Positions 49,769 through 61,656 of a stretch of DNA of 64,000 bases are shown here, in pieces. The stretch lies in the NCBI GenBank assembly GCA_010093705.1, contig MU006089.1, forward strand, positions 1,723,561-1,787,560, given 5' to 3'. How positions within the stretch are numbered: position 1 is the first letter of the stretch; each line of letters begins with the position of its first letter. The notes below the pieces were generated by a model. It was not told the origin of the DNA, did no database searches, and was given only the letters and a program-made list of their open reading frames with translations. This DNA comes from Patellaria atrata CBS 101060 (taxonomy: Eukaryota). Position numbers and translations under genes: made by a program.

Positions 49769-50826
49769 ATGAAGGTCTCTTTCGTTTGCTTAGTAGCTGC
49801 AACAGCTACCGTCCAAGGTTTCCAACTACCAGACCTCTCCAACTGGACGAGAGACCTTAAAGTTCCAAGTCTTGAAGACCTCAAACGTAGAGTTCTTCCA
49901 GAATCACTAAGGCCAAGAGCCACATGCCCGGCTGTCTGGAGCGATGTCTCCAAAGACCTTATCGCCCTCTTCAAGGTCACTGGAGCATGCAACGCTGACG
50001 CTCGTCATGCCATCCGTGCCGCTTTCCACGATTGCTTCAACAACGGATGTGATGGTTCCATCTACCTGGCTCAAGAATATAATCGTCCCGAGAATGTTGG
50101 TACCCCCGACGTTGTGAAAAAGCTCGGCACTCTTGCAACCTTCCGCAGAGTCGGTGTTGCAGATATGATCCAGTTCGCAAATGGTATGTTTTGATTTATT
50201 CTCTCTACTATATCTATTTTAACATATCAATCAGCCGTCGCTATCGCCACCTGTCCCTCCGGCCCAAGGATCCCTGCCTATGTTGGCCGCAAAGACTCCT
50301 CCGTTGCCGCCACCGAAGGTCAGCTTCCCAGCCCCTTCGCCAGCGGAGACACTCTCGTCGCCCAATTCAAAGCAAAGGGCTTCACCCCAACTGAGTTCGC
50401 AGCACTCTTGGGCGCCCACACCGTCTCCGAGCAGCTCCACGTCGACAGCAGCAAGGTTGGCGCTACCCAGGACGACACCCCCGGCCAATGGGACAACAAG
50501 TACTTCCAGCAAACCATCGATGGAAGTGCCCCATTCAGATTCCAGAGCGACATCAACGTCGCGAACCACGCCGAGACCAGCTCGAAGTTCAGGAGTTATG
50601 CAAGCAGCCAGGCTGCGTGGAATCGAGACTTCATCCCTGCGTAAGTCATTCCTGTTGCGTGTAATCTCCAGGAAAGGTAGCTAATAAGATTTTCAGCGTC
50701 ACGAAGATGTCTGTCCTCGGTGTCTCGGGCGGCGTCGGTGCCCTTACGGATTGCAGTCAGTACATCCCGGCTGTGAGCGCCAAGAGGGACATCAGGAACG
50801 CTCCGATCAACAATCGTGCTGTTTAA
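49769..50826 (+). CDS. Secreted class II fungal heme peroxidase (generic type)
   Basis: Signal peptide and propeptide (..LKRR..PRATCP); distal RAAFHD, GCDGS, RPEN, VADMIQFA, CPSGP, GRKDS, proximal LLGAHT, DDTPGQWDNKYF, FQSD. Introns 50184-50234 and 50641-50696. Confidence 0.92.
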
Positions 50827-51443
50827 TGCGTAGACGAATTACATATGGGTGGACTTGGAGTCGATTGGTATAGGTTTGGGCGTTTTCAGGGGTTCGTGTT
50901 ATTTGATAAGGGGCAATAAACTACTTCAAGATCGTTGGTATTACGGCAGGGCTTAGGGTTAGGTGAATAATAACAATCGATTTTCTCGGTCTGGTGTCGG
51001 ATCTAAGTCCATTCGTTCAAACATCCCACCGCAGCATTTAGCTAAACTTGGAACTGTTCGAGATTTTATAGTAGCACGCGAGATGAGGATTGATATAGAC
51101 ATTTTTCATCGCTTTTAAAAAGGGTTGAAGTAGAGGGGAGTCATGTCCCATCTCCCCAAATATTCCAAAACCACCTACTCGGCCACCCCCCGTCATTCCG
51201 ACATTCAACAACAGGTTCTTCCATCCTATAAACCAATCCCTAGATTCTAAGAACCCGATATCTTAATCCCCCTGAGATATTCACCACCCCACAAGATGCT
51301 ATTCTGCATTCGGTTCCAACCTCTCACACTCATTCCCGATACTTCGGGAGCAATAAGATGGGGTTTAGAGAAATTCGAACCAAAATATTAGATGGTGCTG
51401 GATAGAGCTGGGTGTTAGATAGAACTGGTTGTTGTGGCAGTAG

Positions 51444-51550
51444 CGCTAGGATGGAGTAGAGTAGAGTGTAGGGTTTGGTGAAGGAGTGTAGGTCGCTGGG
51501 ATGGAGTGGAGTGGAGTGTAGGGTTTGGTGAAGGAGTGTAGGTCGCTGGG
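51444..51550. repeat. Tandem duplication, 2.1 x 50 bp
   Basis: cgctRggatggagtRgagtRgagtgtagggtttggtgaaggagtgtaggt occurs twice; the copies differ at only three A/G sites. Confidence 0.9.
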
Positions 51551-52061
51551 TATAGGACTGCGGAGAGGGGGTGGGTGCTATGGTCTAGTTGGGAGTTGTT
51601 TAGTAGTAGTGTCTGGTCGGTTTGTAGGGTCGTGGTATGTGTTTTGTTTTGATATTAGGGGTTGAGTTGTTATCAGGTCCTGTGTTGTCATTAGGTACTG
51701 TCCGGTCGTTTGGTACTGTACAATCATGTTAATATTTTCAGGGCTGTTAAATATGTAACCGTCTTAGTTTATACGGTTTGGTGGGAGTGTATTGTTCTAT
51801 GATAGTACAAAGTTCTACTGACATGTGAGATGCAAACAGATTAAGTAGCTGAAAAGTAATGTCTTTATACAGCAAGCACGTGTCTCTCAGTAAATATACA
51901 ATAATTAGCAATGATTACCTCTACAAACTGGGAAATATATATATGGTCAGACCCGGACGAAGCAACCGACGTGTACAACCAACAGCAGTACTGTACGAGT
52001 GAATTATTCTCCGACCTTATATTCCATCACTATCTTGTACGACTGATCGGAATAAACAGAT

Positions 52062-52119
52062 TGACTGTATAGAACGACTACATAGAATGACTGTATAGAA
52101 TGACTGTACAAAATGACTG
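52062..52119. repeat. 13-bp minisatellite (TGACTGTATAGAA)x~4.5
   Basis: tgactgtatagaa cgactacatagaa tgactgtatagaa tgactgtacaaaa tgactg. Confidence 0.85.
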
Positions 52120-53276
52120 GACTGTGCAAATTGGCGAACCCTATAACATTTCGTCTATAGCAATGACTACTTACTTATTCGAAATGATTTACATATACCC
52201 TCCAATATCTCGTACAAGAAGACGAATTCATGCGAAATGGTTGACTCGTATCAACTTACCAATTCACCTCAGTAAATTCTTATACCAAATTGCTGACGCA
52301 CAGGAAACGAGTAAATCGTGCTGACTCGAGCAGTCTAGTACAGTTTCCATCGCCACATTTTTCTTCGGCGTGTATCGTACTCGTCGTAGGAGACAAGAAA
52401 AATTTAATAGAAAGAGATGAGATAAATAACCTCATACAGTAACTCCAGGTCCTGTCGACCCCGCTTAGTCACTCCTCAGGGGCAAAAAGAACATCGCATT
52501 CCAATCTATATAAAATAAACCACGCGCAGATCTAGATCGCCTAGCACGCAACCCTCATAGAACCTATCGTCTCTAAAAAACTCTATATCACCTTCACCGC
52601 ACACCGTGGCCCTTATCAAGACCCTAAGGTACAGTACATAAGCGCAAATACATACTTCTCCAACTCCCCCTGCGTAAACCACATACAACATATTAAAGCG
52701 CCCGGAAAACGCACTCTGTGCGAAACCCCGGCTATACATGCACGCACATTCCCCATCTCAGTCCCTTACAATCTCGTAGATGACGAGCTTATCCAAGTTC
52801 ATTTCCCGTAGATTTTCTCTCTCAACTTTCGCGCTCCGCTGCCGCTCTAAAAACATCCCCACCTGCCAAGAGAGCGAACCTGCGTCAATTAAAACGTCGA
52901 GGGAGAGAGAGGGACGGAGAGGGCCAATGGGAGGCGCGGGATTAATAAAGAGCTCGGGACGTTGTAATCAAAGTCCCCCTTCGAACGGACATGCTTCACG
53001 CTGTCTAAACCGAATTGCGGGATACGCGAATCGTAGAGATTGAGCGTACGGAGTGCGGATACTCTCCATCTGCGGGGGGGATAGATGAGATGATGAGTTG
53101 GGGGAGGGTAAAAGTGCGAAACTTACGGGGATAGAGGATGTTCTTAAGACGAAGACTCTCCAGTGCGGATTTCTCGAATATCGAGGACGTGTTTAGACCA
53201 TCAATTCACCTCTCTTATACCGATATCCCCCTTGTACCCCCTCCCTTCCCTCGGATACCAGCAGCACCCCAATACA

Positions 53277-54090
53277 ATGCGGCTCCCAACCCTCCTTCTC
53301 CCCCTCGTGGCCCTCTTCTCCTCCTCCACCGCTCAAGCCCAAGTATCCCCCTACACCGACACGCGCACAGGTATATCCTTCCAAGGGATCTCCGGCTCAA
53401 ACGGGTACCGACTAGGCCTCGTCCTGCCCCCAGCGAATACAACCTCCTCAGACGTGTTGGTCCAACTCGTCGGCCAGGGCAAGGGATGGGCCGGCGTGTC
53501 CCTGGGCGGCTCGATGCTGAACCACCTCCTCGTGGCCGCGTGGCCGAACGGGCAGAACGTCATGGGGAGTCTGAGGTTCACGGCGTAAGTTTGATTTTTT
53601 ATTTATTTATTTATTTCTCCTATAACCCATCCATACACCCCCCATAACTCCTGCTCCCCATCCCTATAAAGCTCCCGACTAACCCCCTCCCCCCGCCCCA
53701 CCCCAAACGACCAAAACCCGCCCTAACACCCGCAGTAACTACGGCTCCCCACCCGTGGCCCCTGCCACAACCCCCGCCCGCTCCCTCCTCCCCATCCTCA
53801 ACGGCACCTACGTGAACAGCACGCACTTCAGCTACACCTTCCTCTGCAAGTCCTGCCTGACGACCGACGGCAAGACCTTCGCGCCGGGCGTGACGTCGGC
53901 GCCAATCGGATGGGCGCAGGCGGCCAGCGCGCCTGTGCAAGTCACCAACGCGGCTACGGCACTGGGGAGGCATAATGTCCAGGGTCTGGTTCGGGATGTC
54001 GATTTGAGTGTTGCGCGGAAGGGGGAGTTTGCAAAGTGGGCGGGGTATGCGAGCGCGACTGTGAGGGTGGGGAGGAGGTGGGATGCGTGA
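53277..54090 (+). CDS. Secreted stand-alone cellobiose-dehydrogenase-type cytochrome b domain protein (CAZy AA8-like)
   Basis: Signal peptide; YTDTRTGISFQ, GWAGVSLGGSM (Met ligand), LLVAAWPNG, VNSTHFSYTFLCKSC, IGWAQA, LGRHN (His ligand). Intron 53585-53735. No flavin domain or CBM1. Confidence 0.88.
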
Positions 54091-54505
54091 GGGAGCAATG
54101 AGGGGAGGAAGGAGGGAAGGGGGAGGGGGAAAAAGGCGAACGGCATAGAAGTGGGAAGACTTAGGTCGTTATGGTTATATGTCATGATATCTGTGCGGAG
54201 AGATAGATATGTATTTTGCTCCTTGAGGCTGATATTAGAAGGGGTGACGGCTGTTCCTTAGTGAGATATAAAGAGAATATCATGTGAAATTTCCGGTTAT
54301 GAATTAAGAAAAAAGTTACCTTGTAATCTTGACTTTAAGTGAGATAGATAGTGTTATGCACATTGTAATAAGCTGTTCTTATCGAACATAATCAATTGAG
54401 GTGTGCATCTAGGGGTGTAATTTTATTAAGCTAAAGTTGCTTGAACTGCTATACATTTATAAACGCGACCGCGTACAAATTTTAGCCGCCGCACAGGTAC
54501 GTTTT

Positions 54506-55939
54506 TCAGAGATCTTCGCGATACCTAACTCTTCTCTTGGAATCCAACTCGGCAACAGGGTGAGGAGACTGAAAATATAACCGCTGATACTTTTCCAGGA
54601 TGTTAAGAATAACCCGTTCAGGAACATGTCCCACACCATTCAGTCTGTCAGCATCTTCTTCCGTTACACGCGGGCCCCAGAAGACCTTGATTGTGATGGG
54701 GATTTGCAGGAAAAGGTTCACAATTAGGCCCCCTAGAAGAACGAAGTCTCCCTGTCGGGACTCAATTAGATGTTGAATATCGGCACTCTCACTTGAGTAT
54801 GGTGATATTTCCTTATTATTTTTTACTGGATATGAGATGATGTACCGAATGACTTTCACCGACAACGATTTTAGGAAATCAGAGATATGCGTAAGAATGA
54901 GTCCACAGTGGGTCGGGGAGATTCTGATGTCAATGGAAAGTCTCGCAATCCTTCGGTAATTGAGTCCAAATATCTGTTCAGCTTTTCCCGGGGTAAGGAT
55001 ATAGCCAAGCTGGCGAGGTCCTCCTTCGAAGTCGACACTGAGATGATCTCCACCGAGATAGATAGAGAAAGTGTTGGACTTAAAGAGGACTTCTAATGCT
55101 TCATCTCTTACAACAGAGAATGTTCTTAGGATTGCGGTATTAGCACCTAAACCGCTCCAGGGTTTACGTTTTGCACCAGCTAAATCCATTATCGCCCGAC
55201 CTTTAGGATTGACAAGTAGAAACCGATATATTCGCTTTCTAGCCTTGAGAGAAAGTTGGAGAAAGTGAAATATGCTAGCAGGAGTTTCACTACTAGGTAG
55301 TATAACTATCAGTGGCAAAGAATAAACGATTCAGCTAGTCAAGCCATACCTTTCAACAATTTCTTCGGCTTCTTGCTCCTTCCGTGGACGTTGTCGTTTC
55401 GCAGGGGTTTGTTGAGAGGTAGGAGAGATTTCGCCCAATGACTGCTTAGATGCCGTGCCAGAATCTGTTGATATCGGATGAGAAATATGGGAAGTTTTCT
55501 CCCCGGATCTCCTGGGTGTAGTGTCGGGATTCGTAGCTATCGGGCGAGGAATATGGGTAGTCTGCTCTACGGATCCTCCAGGTATGACGAACGGGGTGGA
55601 TGTACTGGATTCTGGACCAGAGTGCGGCATTGCCGGAATCCTCAAGCCTTTTGGGGGTTTAGAGTTTGGAAAAAACCCTCGGAAAGGAACTGAAGGATAA
55701 AGGATTAGGGTAAGTGTAACACAATGAGACCGAAGTAGTCGCGTTCAATAGGAGGTTATATGACTTCTAAACTCACCTTTGTCGATGGTGGAAGATGGAA
55801 AGTTGGGGTTGAAAATTGGGATGGTACCGATGAGAAGCATTTCAAGTAGAGCCGAGTTGAGAGATCCGATGGATATGAGAATGAAAATTTCACGAACGAT
55901 GATATGAAATTGACGTAAGGTTACAACGAAAGCGTCCAT
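54506..55939 (-). CDS. Hypothetical protein with an F-box-like FLxL..RxRIYxxLL segment; 5' end uncertain
   Basis: A 57-nt intron 55349-55293 (GTATGG..CCTAG) removes the in-frame TGA between ORFs 55331-55645 and 54506-55318. A further GTGAGT..TTCAG intron can join ORF 55745-55939 in frame; alternative start at ATG 55630. Confidence 0.55.
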
Positions 55940-56106
55940 ATAGGGAAGAAAGTCAGGAGTAACGTGCTTGCCCTGCGAAAAACGGTACTCACACGACAGT
56001 TCTCAGAAATGACGTTACACATACAAACCATAGATATGCAGTCGGTGAGATATTCATATTCTTCAGTTCTTAAACTCATAACCATACAAAACCCTGTAAA
56101 GATCCC

Positions 56107-57590
56107 CTAATCCTTCTCCAAAGACAACTGCGTCGAGATCTCCCACTTCTGCCCACCAGTCCCATACCCACCACCCAATCTATTCCTTACGAGACTCGAA
56201 ATCCGATCTCTCAACCTAGTCATATCATCCAGACTCCTTACCCTGAGCTTGAAGTTAGCCTGACAAAGCCCGTAATGCACCTGCCAGACCTTGGCCTCCT
56301 CGATCGTGGTGACGGATGGGTCATTCTCGATATCCCGTAGGACGGCTTCTAGACCCGGCCCGGAGTAGGACTGCATGAGCATTTTGCCCAAGGTCCAGCC
56401 GAGATTCCAACCGAGGCCGATCATGGCGGACGCGATGACGGCCCCGATGGAGCGGTCGAGCCAGAGGTAGATTTTCACTTCGAATAGAGGGAGGAGGAGT
56501 AATAAGGTGGAGCAGGATAGAGTTAGGAGGTGAGAGGGATTGCTTAGTACCGCTGGTAGAGAACTGAAGTATGAAAGTTGCATGACTTTCCCTATGCGGG
56601 AGTGGTTCTTTAGGATGATGGCTGAAACCAGCGTTGATCCAATCGCGGAGAGCGCAGCGATGTCGATTTCTCCAGCTGAGACGCGCTCGTGGCCGTGTGC
56701 ATGGTGAGCCTCATGCCCTCCTGTGTTCTCCAAGGCGTGGGTGAGGCCGTGGCTGATTAAATCAAGACCCATGAATAGGAGAGCTACCGCCATCCCGAGA
56801 CCCGCGAGAACCTCCATTCGTTCTAGACTAGGGCCAAAGTTAGCTAGTATTCCTATATTCAGGAATTGTAGACCACAAACCCGAAAGGATATTGGAGTGA
56901 AGTTGATTTCCACACTGGAAAGTTGTTATATACATCCACATATACACATAGCATAGCGCCAACTGCATCATAGAACAGCATATGGGATAAGGCCGTCATC
57001 AACAGTGATTCATGCCCGCTCCACTGAACAAACGCAGCAATTGCCAAATGACAAAGACTCCACGCAGCTCTATACTTCTGCTCTACCGACATACTGGCGC
57101 GCATCTCTTTGTGCGTAGGTTTTGGAAGTGCAGACGGAACCTGTAACGGTTCCTTGCGCACCGGCTCTAGAAAGATCTGGTGGGAGACACTGCTATGTTT
57201 ATATTTGTGACCGCGTCTGCGCCCAATATCTTGTTTTGGCGGCGGCTTGCCAATCGTATATTCCACCGTCTGAAACTTGAACGGGCTCTTCGAATTCTCC
57301 AAATCGTTCGTCAAAGGTGTTTCTGTGGCATTCCCCCCGCTCATCGAACTATATGAGATACTCGCTGGACTCAGGGGACTATTTGGACCATGTGAAGACG
57401 ACGTAGGCGCACCAAGCGTGGCATAACGGTGGGACGGAAAGGTCGCAGACGTCGGCGATAGAGCATCAGGGTTAAAACCCATCTCTGCGACCGTATCGTG
57501 GATACCCAGTCCATGTGGATTCTGCTCTATATCTTCAGGAGGAGGGGTTGGTGTCTGAGGTGGGACAGGAAGCGGCATGCTAGATGCCAT
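56107..57590 (-). CDS. ZRG17: Cation diffusion facilitator, Zrg17-like ER zinc transporter subunit
   Basis: RRRGHKYKHSSVSHQIF, SHMLFYDAVGA, YPFG|LERMEVLAG (intron ~56881-56828), His-rich loop GGHEAHHAHGH, WQVHYGL. Confidence 0.82.
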
Positions 57591-57910
57591 GGTGCGAAAT
57601 CTTGCTGTATATCACTATCATCTAGAAAACAATGCTCTCTGATATGCTATTATAGTATAAGCTAGAATGAGTGCGCCGGCTTGCGCTGTGGTGCCGTAGA
57701 GTAAGAAATGCCACGATGTTGTTTGTTTGGAGTGAGTGGCGGATGCACATCAAAGGAGCGACCTTCCACAACCGTCAATCCCGCACTCTCCTCCGCACCA
57801 CCTCCTTTCTCAACATCAACCACACCATCACTTCGCTCCACGACACATCTAGATGGTCCCCCTAACCAAGTGATTCCATTCCACCGGATGGGCCTGAATA
57901 CGGCAAAGGC

Positions 57911-58981
57911 ATGGAGAATGGCTCTCCATCGACCCCAAACTACGGCACCAGCACCAATCAACCGCACCATCAAGGCTCCTCCCACATCATGAAGCCGCCC
58001 AAACCCTCACCCAGCGCACAAGCCCCGAGCAACAGCGGACACAAACGCTCCCTCTCCGGCAGCATCCTCGCCAAACTCCCCTTCCTCCGCACATCCTTCG
58101 AAGAGCTGCCCCCGGCCACGGAAACCGCACCAGGCCTCGACGGCGCAGACGAAGACGCAGCACCCAAACGCGGCGGCGCGATGGCAAACGCGATGAGAGG
58201 CGCGGCCAGCAAGACCCGAAAGCGCAAGGGCTCGCTGAGGAAGACGGCGATACTAGGGACCGGGAAACTACGCCTAGAAGGACGCGAGCGACGCAACACG
58301 CTCGAGCGACGTCCCGAGCTGCCCGACATGCCTCTCGCGAGTCCGACCTCACCAGAGTCAAGTCTGAAACCGCGACCCTTCGGCTACGACTCCCCGTCCG
58401 CGGCCTCGTCTTCAGATGGAGGATGGCCGACAGGTCTGGCAGTCGACACGACAGCGCCACCGCTCGGAAGCGGATCTGCAGCGTCGTCGTTGCTGGCGTC
58501 GCCGATCACGAGCCCGACGAGCAATACCTACGCCTCGACCACCGACGACGACGACGGTCTCACCTTCTCTCGTCCCTCCACCACCGGTCCCCCACCTCCT
58601 GTTTACTTCCCGCCGAGCGGGATCCAGCGCCGCCGCAGCGCGCAAAAGCACCTCTCGTCCCCACTGTCGCAATCCACGCTCATCGAGGAGGAGTGGGATT
58701 ACAGCGAGACGGCGTGGTGGGGCTGGGTCGTGCTGATCGTGACGTGGATCGTGTTCGTCGTCGGCATGGGCAGCTGTCTGGGCGTCTGGAGCTGGGCGTG
58801 GGATGTCGGGGAGACGCCGTATGCGCCGCCGGAGTTGGAAGACGATGCTACGTTGCCGATTGTTGGGTATTATCCTGCGCTTATCATTTTGACGGCTGTC
58901 ATGGCTTGGGTTTGGGTTGTTATCGCGTGGGTTGGTATGAAGTATTTTAGGCACGCGAAGGTTGTTGGGGAGGACGATTAG
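57911..58981 (+). CDS. PIG-Y/Eri1-like two-TM domain protein with long disordered N-terminus
   Basis: C-terminal WWGWVVLIVTWIVFVVGMGS..GYYPALIILT..WVWVVIAWVGMKYFRHA resembles the PIG-Y family; Ser/Pro/Arg-rich N-terminus. Confidence 0.72.
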   Translation: MENGSPSTPNYGTSTNQPHHQGSSHIMKPPKPSPSAQAPSNSGHKRSLSGSILAKLPFLRTSFEELPPATETAPGLDGADEDAAPKRGGAMANAMRGAASKTRKRKGSLRKTAILGTGKLRLEGRERRNTLERRPELPDMPLASPTSPESSLKPRPFGYDSPSAASSSDGGWPTGLAVDTTAPPLGSGSAASSLLASPITSPTSNTYASTTDDDDGLTFSRPSTTGPPPPVYFPPSGIQRRRSAQKHLSSPLSQSTLIEEEWDYSETAWWGWVVLIVTWIVFVVGMGSCLGVWSWAWDVGETPYAPPELEDDATLPIVGYYPALIILTAVMAWVWVVIAWVGMKYFRHAKVVGEDD

Positions 58982-59276
58982 GAGTGGCACACTATGGATG
59001 TTTGAAATATTACGATACGTATGATATACACATTTCGCTTCTCCAGGACCCTATTTCCATAGTTCAAGCTCAGCACCTCGTCGCTTCTGATATCTCCCAA
59101 CCTTGAACAATGTCGAATTCAGCAGACGAGCTATGCTGAACTTCAAGCACCGGGTATTCACTGCTATCGAGACAACTGGTCAGAACATTCCAATGCATCT
59201 GGGTAGTGAGCGGTTCCACATAGCTCACACTCAATCTATCCGTCAAAGTTGCCAGAACAGGTATCTGTAATGTACG

Positions 59277-61264
59277 TTACGTGTGAAACTTCTCTAAATC
59301 TCCGACCTGACCGACGCCCCCATGCTTCTCCACATCTACCCCCTCCACCACCTCCCCCCTCTCCTGCCGCATTCCCGCATCCTCAACAACCCTCTCCCCC
59401 AACCTCCTCCCCTCCACCGTCCTCCCATCCGCACTCCCCACCTCCCTCTTCCGCATCCCCCACCCCCCCCTCCACCCACACCAGCCCTCCTCCCACGGTC
59501 CCCTAGCCAGACAAACCACGCCCGCCGCCCCAACAAAGCCCACACTAACACTCCCACTCCCGACCCACCCCTTCACCGCATAAACCCTATTCCCAACCGC
59601 CGTGCCAACCAACTGCCCACAAAACGTCGCGAGCATGAACGCCGTGTTGACTCTATTCCTGGCCCTGGGCTCGATGGCATAAATGGCGGATCTGTTCGCG
59701 ATCTGGGCGGTCTGGATCCCGAAGTCGGCGAGCAGGGCCTGGAACACGGGTCCCGCGACGGTGAAAGGGCCGGTGTACGTGCCTATCACGATGCCGAGGA
59801 GGCAGGCAGAGACGCCAACGAGGACGGAGAAGAGGGGAACGTGGGCGTCTGTTACAAGCCGGGCGTAGAGGGGGTTGAGGAGCATAGAGGCGATGCCGAT
59901 GAGGCCGAAGAGCCCGATTACGAGGGGGGTGTAGTGGTATGGTGACCCGGATAGGAGGAACGTCAGGGTCGTCCAGAAGGAGGTGAAGGTTGCGGAGGTG
60001 AGAAGGGCGATGAGACAGGCTTGGACGAGGACGGGGTGGGTGGTTAGCATTACGGGAATGGAGCGGAGGATGTGGAGGTAGGAGAGGCCGGAGGGGTTGG
60101 TGGAGGGGTAGTCGGGCATGTGGAGCCAGAGGAGGAGGAAGATGAGGTATTGGAGGCCCAGGGAGGTCCAGTAGATGCTGCGCCAGGTGGTGTAGTTTGT
60201 GAGGGTGCCGGAGAGGATGCGCGCGAGGAGGATGCCGAGCATGAGGCCTGAGACGACAATGGAGAGTGCGGTGGCGCGGCGGTGGGGTGGGGCGAGGTCC
60301 CCGACGAGGGGGAGCATTAGTTGGGGGGTTACGGTTGTTATGGCGGTGATGAAGGAGATGGCGGTGAAGACTGCGAGGGACTTTGTGATGCAGAGGCCGA
60401 TCCTGGGTTCTTGTCAGATACGGATATCTCGTTATTATAATGTACCCCCGCTTCCTTTAGGTTATCTCTCGCCTACTGTACGCTCGGTCTCCAGATAGTC
60501 TTCTACTCACACGTACCAGAAAGTTGAAAACATACGGATAGTGTCTAGCTGTATGTACGAATTGGCTGTACGGACAATGAAGACCTGTAGATTGTATGAT
60601 TTGAATAATCTACCGGTAGCTATATCTCGAGTGTAAAGGAACCGAAAAATGCCAACCAGCAGGGGGAAAGGAGATAATAACAAAAAGCAGAGTATCCTTA
60701 CCACATTGTAGACGTAAAGAAGACCAAAAACAGCGTAAACGGTCTCCTTTTGAAGAGATCCCCAAGGGGACATAAGAACAACAGTCCTGCAGCATATCCC
60801 GCTTGCATAACCGTAGGAATCTGAGCAACCTTCTCATAAGGTACATCGAAATCATAAGCTAATATATTGAGGATAGGGTGGTTATAGTAGAGATTCGCAA
60901 CCGTAAATGCTCCAGCAAACGCAAATAGGACGTTCAGGCTCATAGAGAACTGGGGAGGGTCCTTGGGGTCCCAGCGACAATTAGGAGGTGTCCATGATAG
61001 GACATTGTATACTATACTCCATGCTGAACGGAGACTCGAAGTTTTTGAATCCGTTGTATTGGTCCCTCCCTTTGGATTTCCGGGACAATAGGGAGGTGTG
61101 CTTGGTACTGTGTTGTGTACTGTACTCCGTACTGAACGGATACTTAACGATTTGGCATCTGTATGCTTGAGGGTTGGTGAGGGCTTTTGAGGATAAGTAG
61201 GGTTATCAGTTTCCGTGGGGTTACCCGATTCGGCAAGCCGGCGGGTCAACGGATATGTCGTCAT
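59277..61264 (-). CDS. Major facilitator superfamily transporter
   Basis: VANLYYNHPIL, QAGYAAGLLFLCPLGDLFKRR, then after a 299-nt intron (60701-60403) WIGLC..TVTPQLMLPLVGDLAP..GILLARILSG..WR..FWTTLTFLL..RNRVNT. Start at ATG 61264 is inferred. Confidence 0.9.
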
Positions 61265-61656
61265 TTCCGAACAGAACAGCGAAAAGAAGAAATGGTTTGC
61301 ATGTACAACATCTTGAAGAAGTACTCTTTGATGTACTGAGCGGGGATTGGGATGTGAATTTTGATGACGAACTATTACTATCACGAAAACGGTTCTGTAG
61401 GTTCGGGATTTGAACATGCTTGACAAGTTTGACAGCAGCCGAACTACGAGTTGATTGCTAGCTACATATGCGGCTCTCCGCACTATAGAATGGATTTTAA
61501 ACTCGACGCCGATCCATTCCCGATGATAACGCTTCATGAGGTAATATGCGGACAAAACAAAACCTCCAATACGCCATTTGCTTTGCTTCCAGTAGAAAAA
61601 TGAAATGCCCATCTAACCCAATTTTTGGATTTTGATGCCAGACCCGTACAGACCCC

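Noticed and set aside
3796..57590. Apparent metal/heme 'supercluster' (MTs, COA4, CYC3, TANGO2, peroxidase, AA8, ZRG17)
   Set aside because: Genes are scattered over 54 kb among unrelated housekeeping genes; nothing in the sequence indicates co-regulation.
57970..60498. Many long antisense and alternate-frame ORFs over the PIG-Y-like and MFS genes (also over CYC3 and 38.5-39.3 kb)
   Set aside because: Expected shadows of GC-rich, skewed coding sequence; products are low-complexity.
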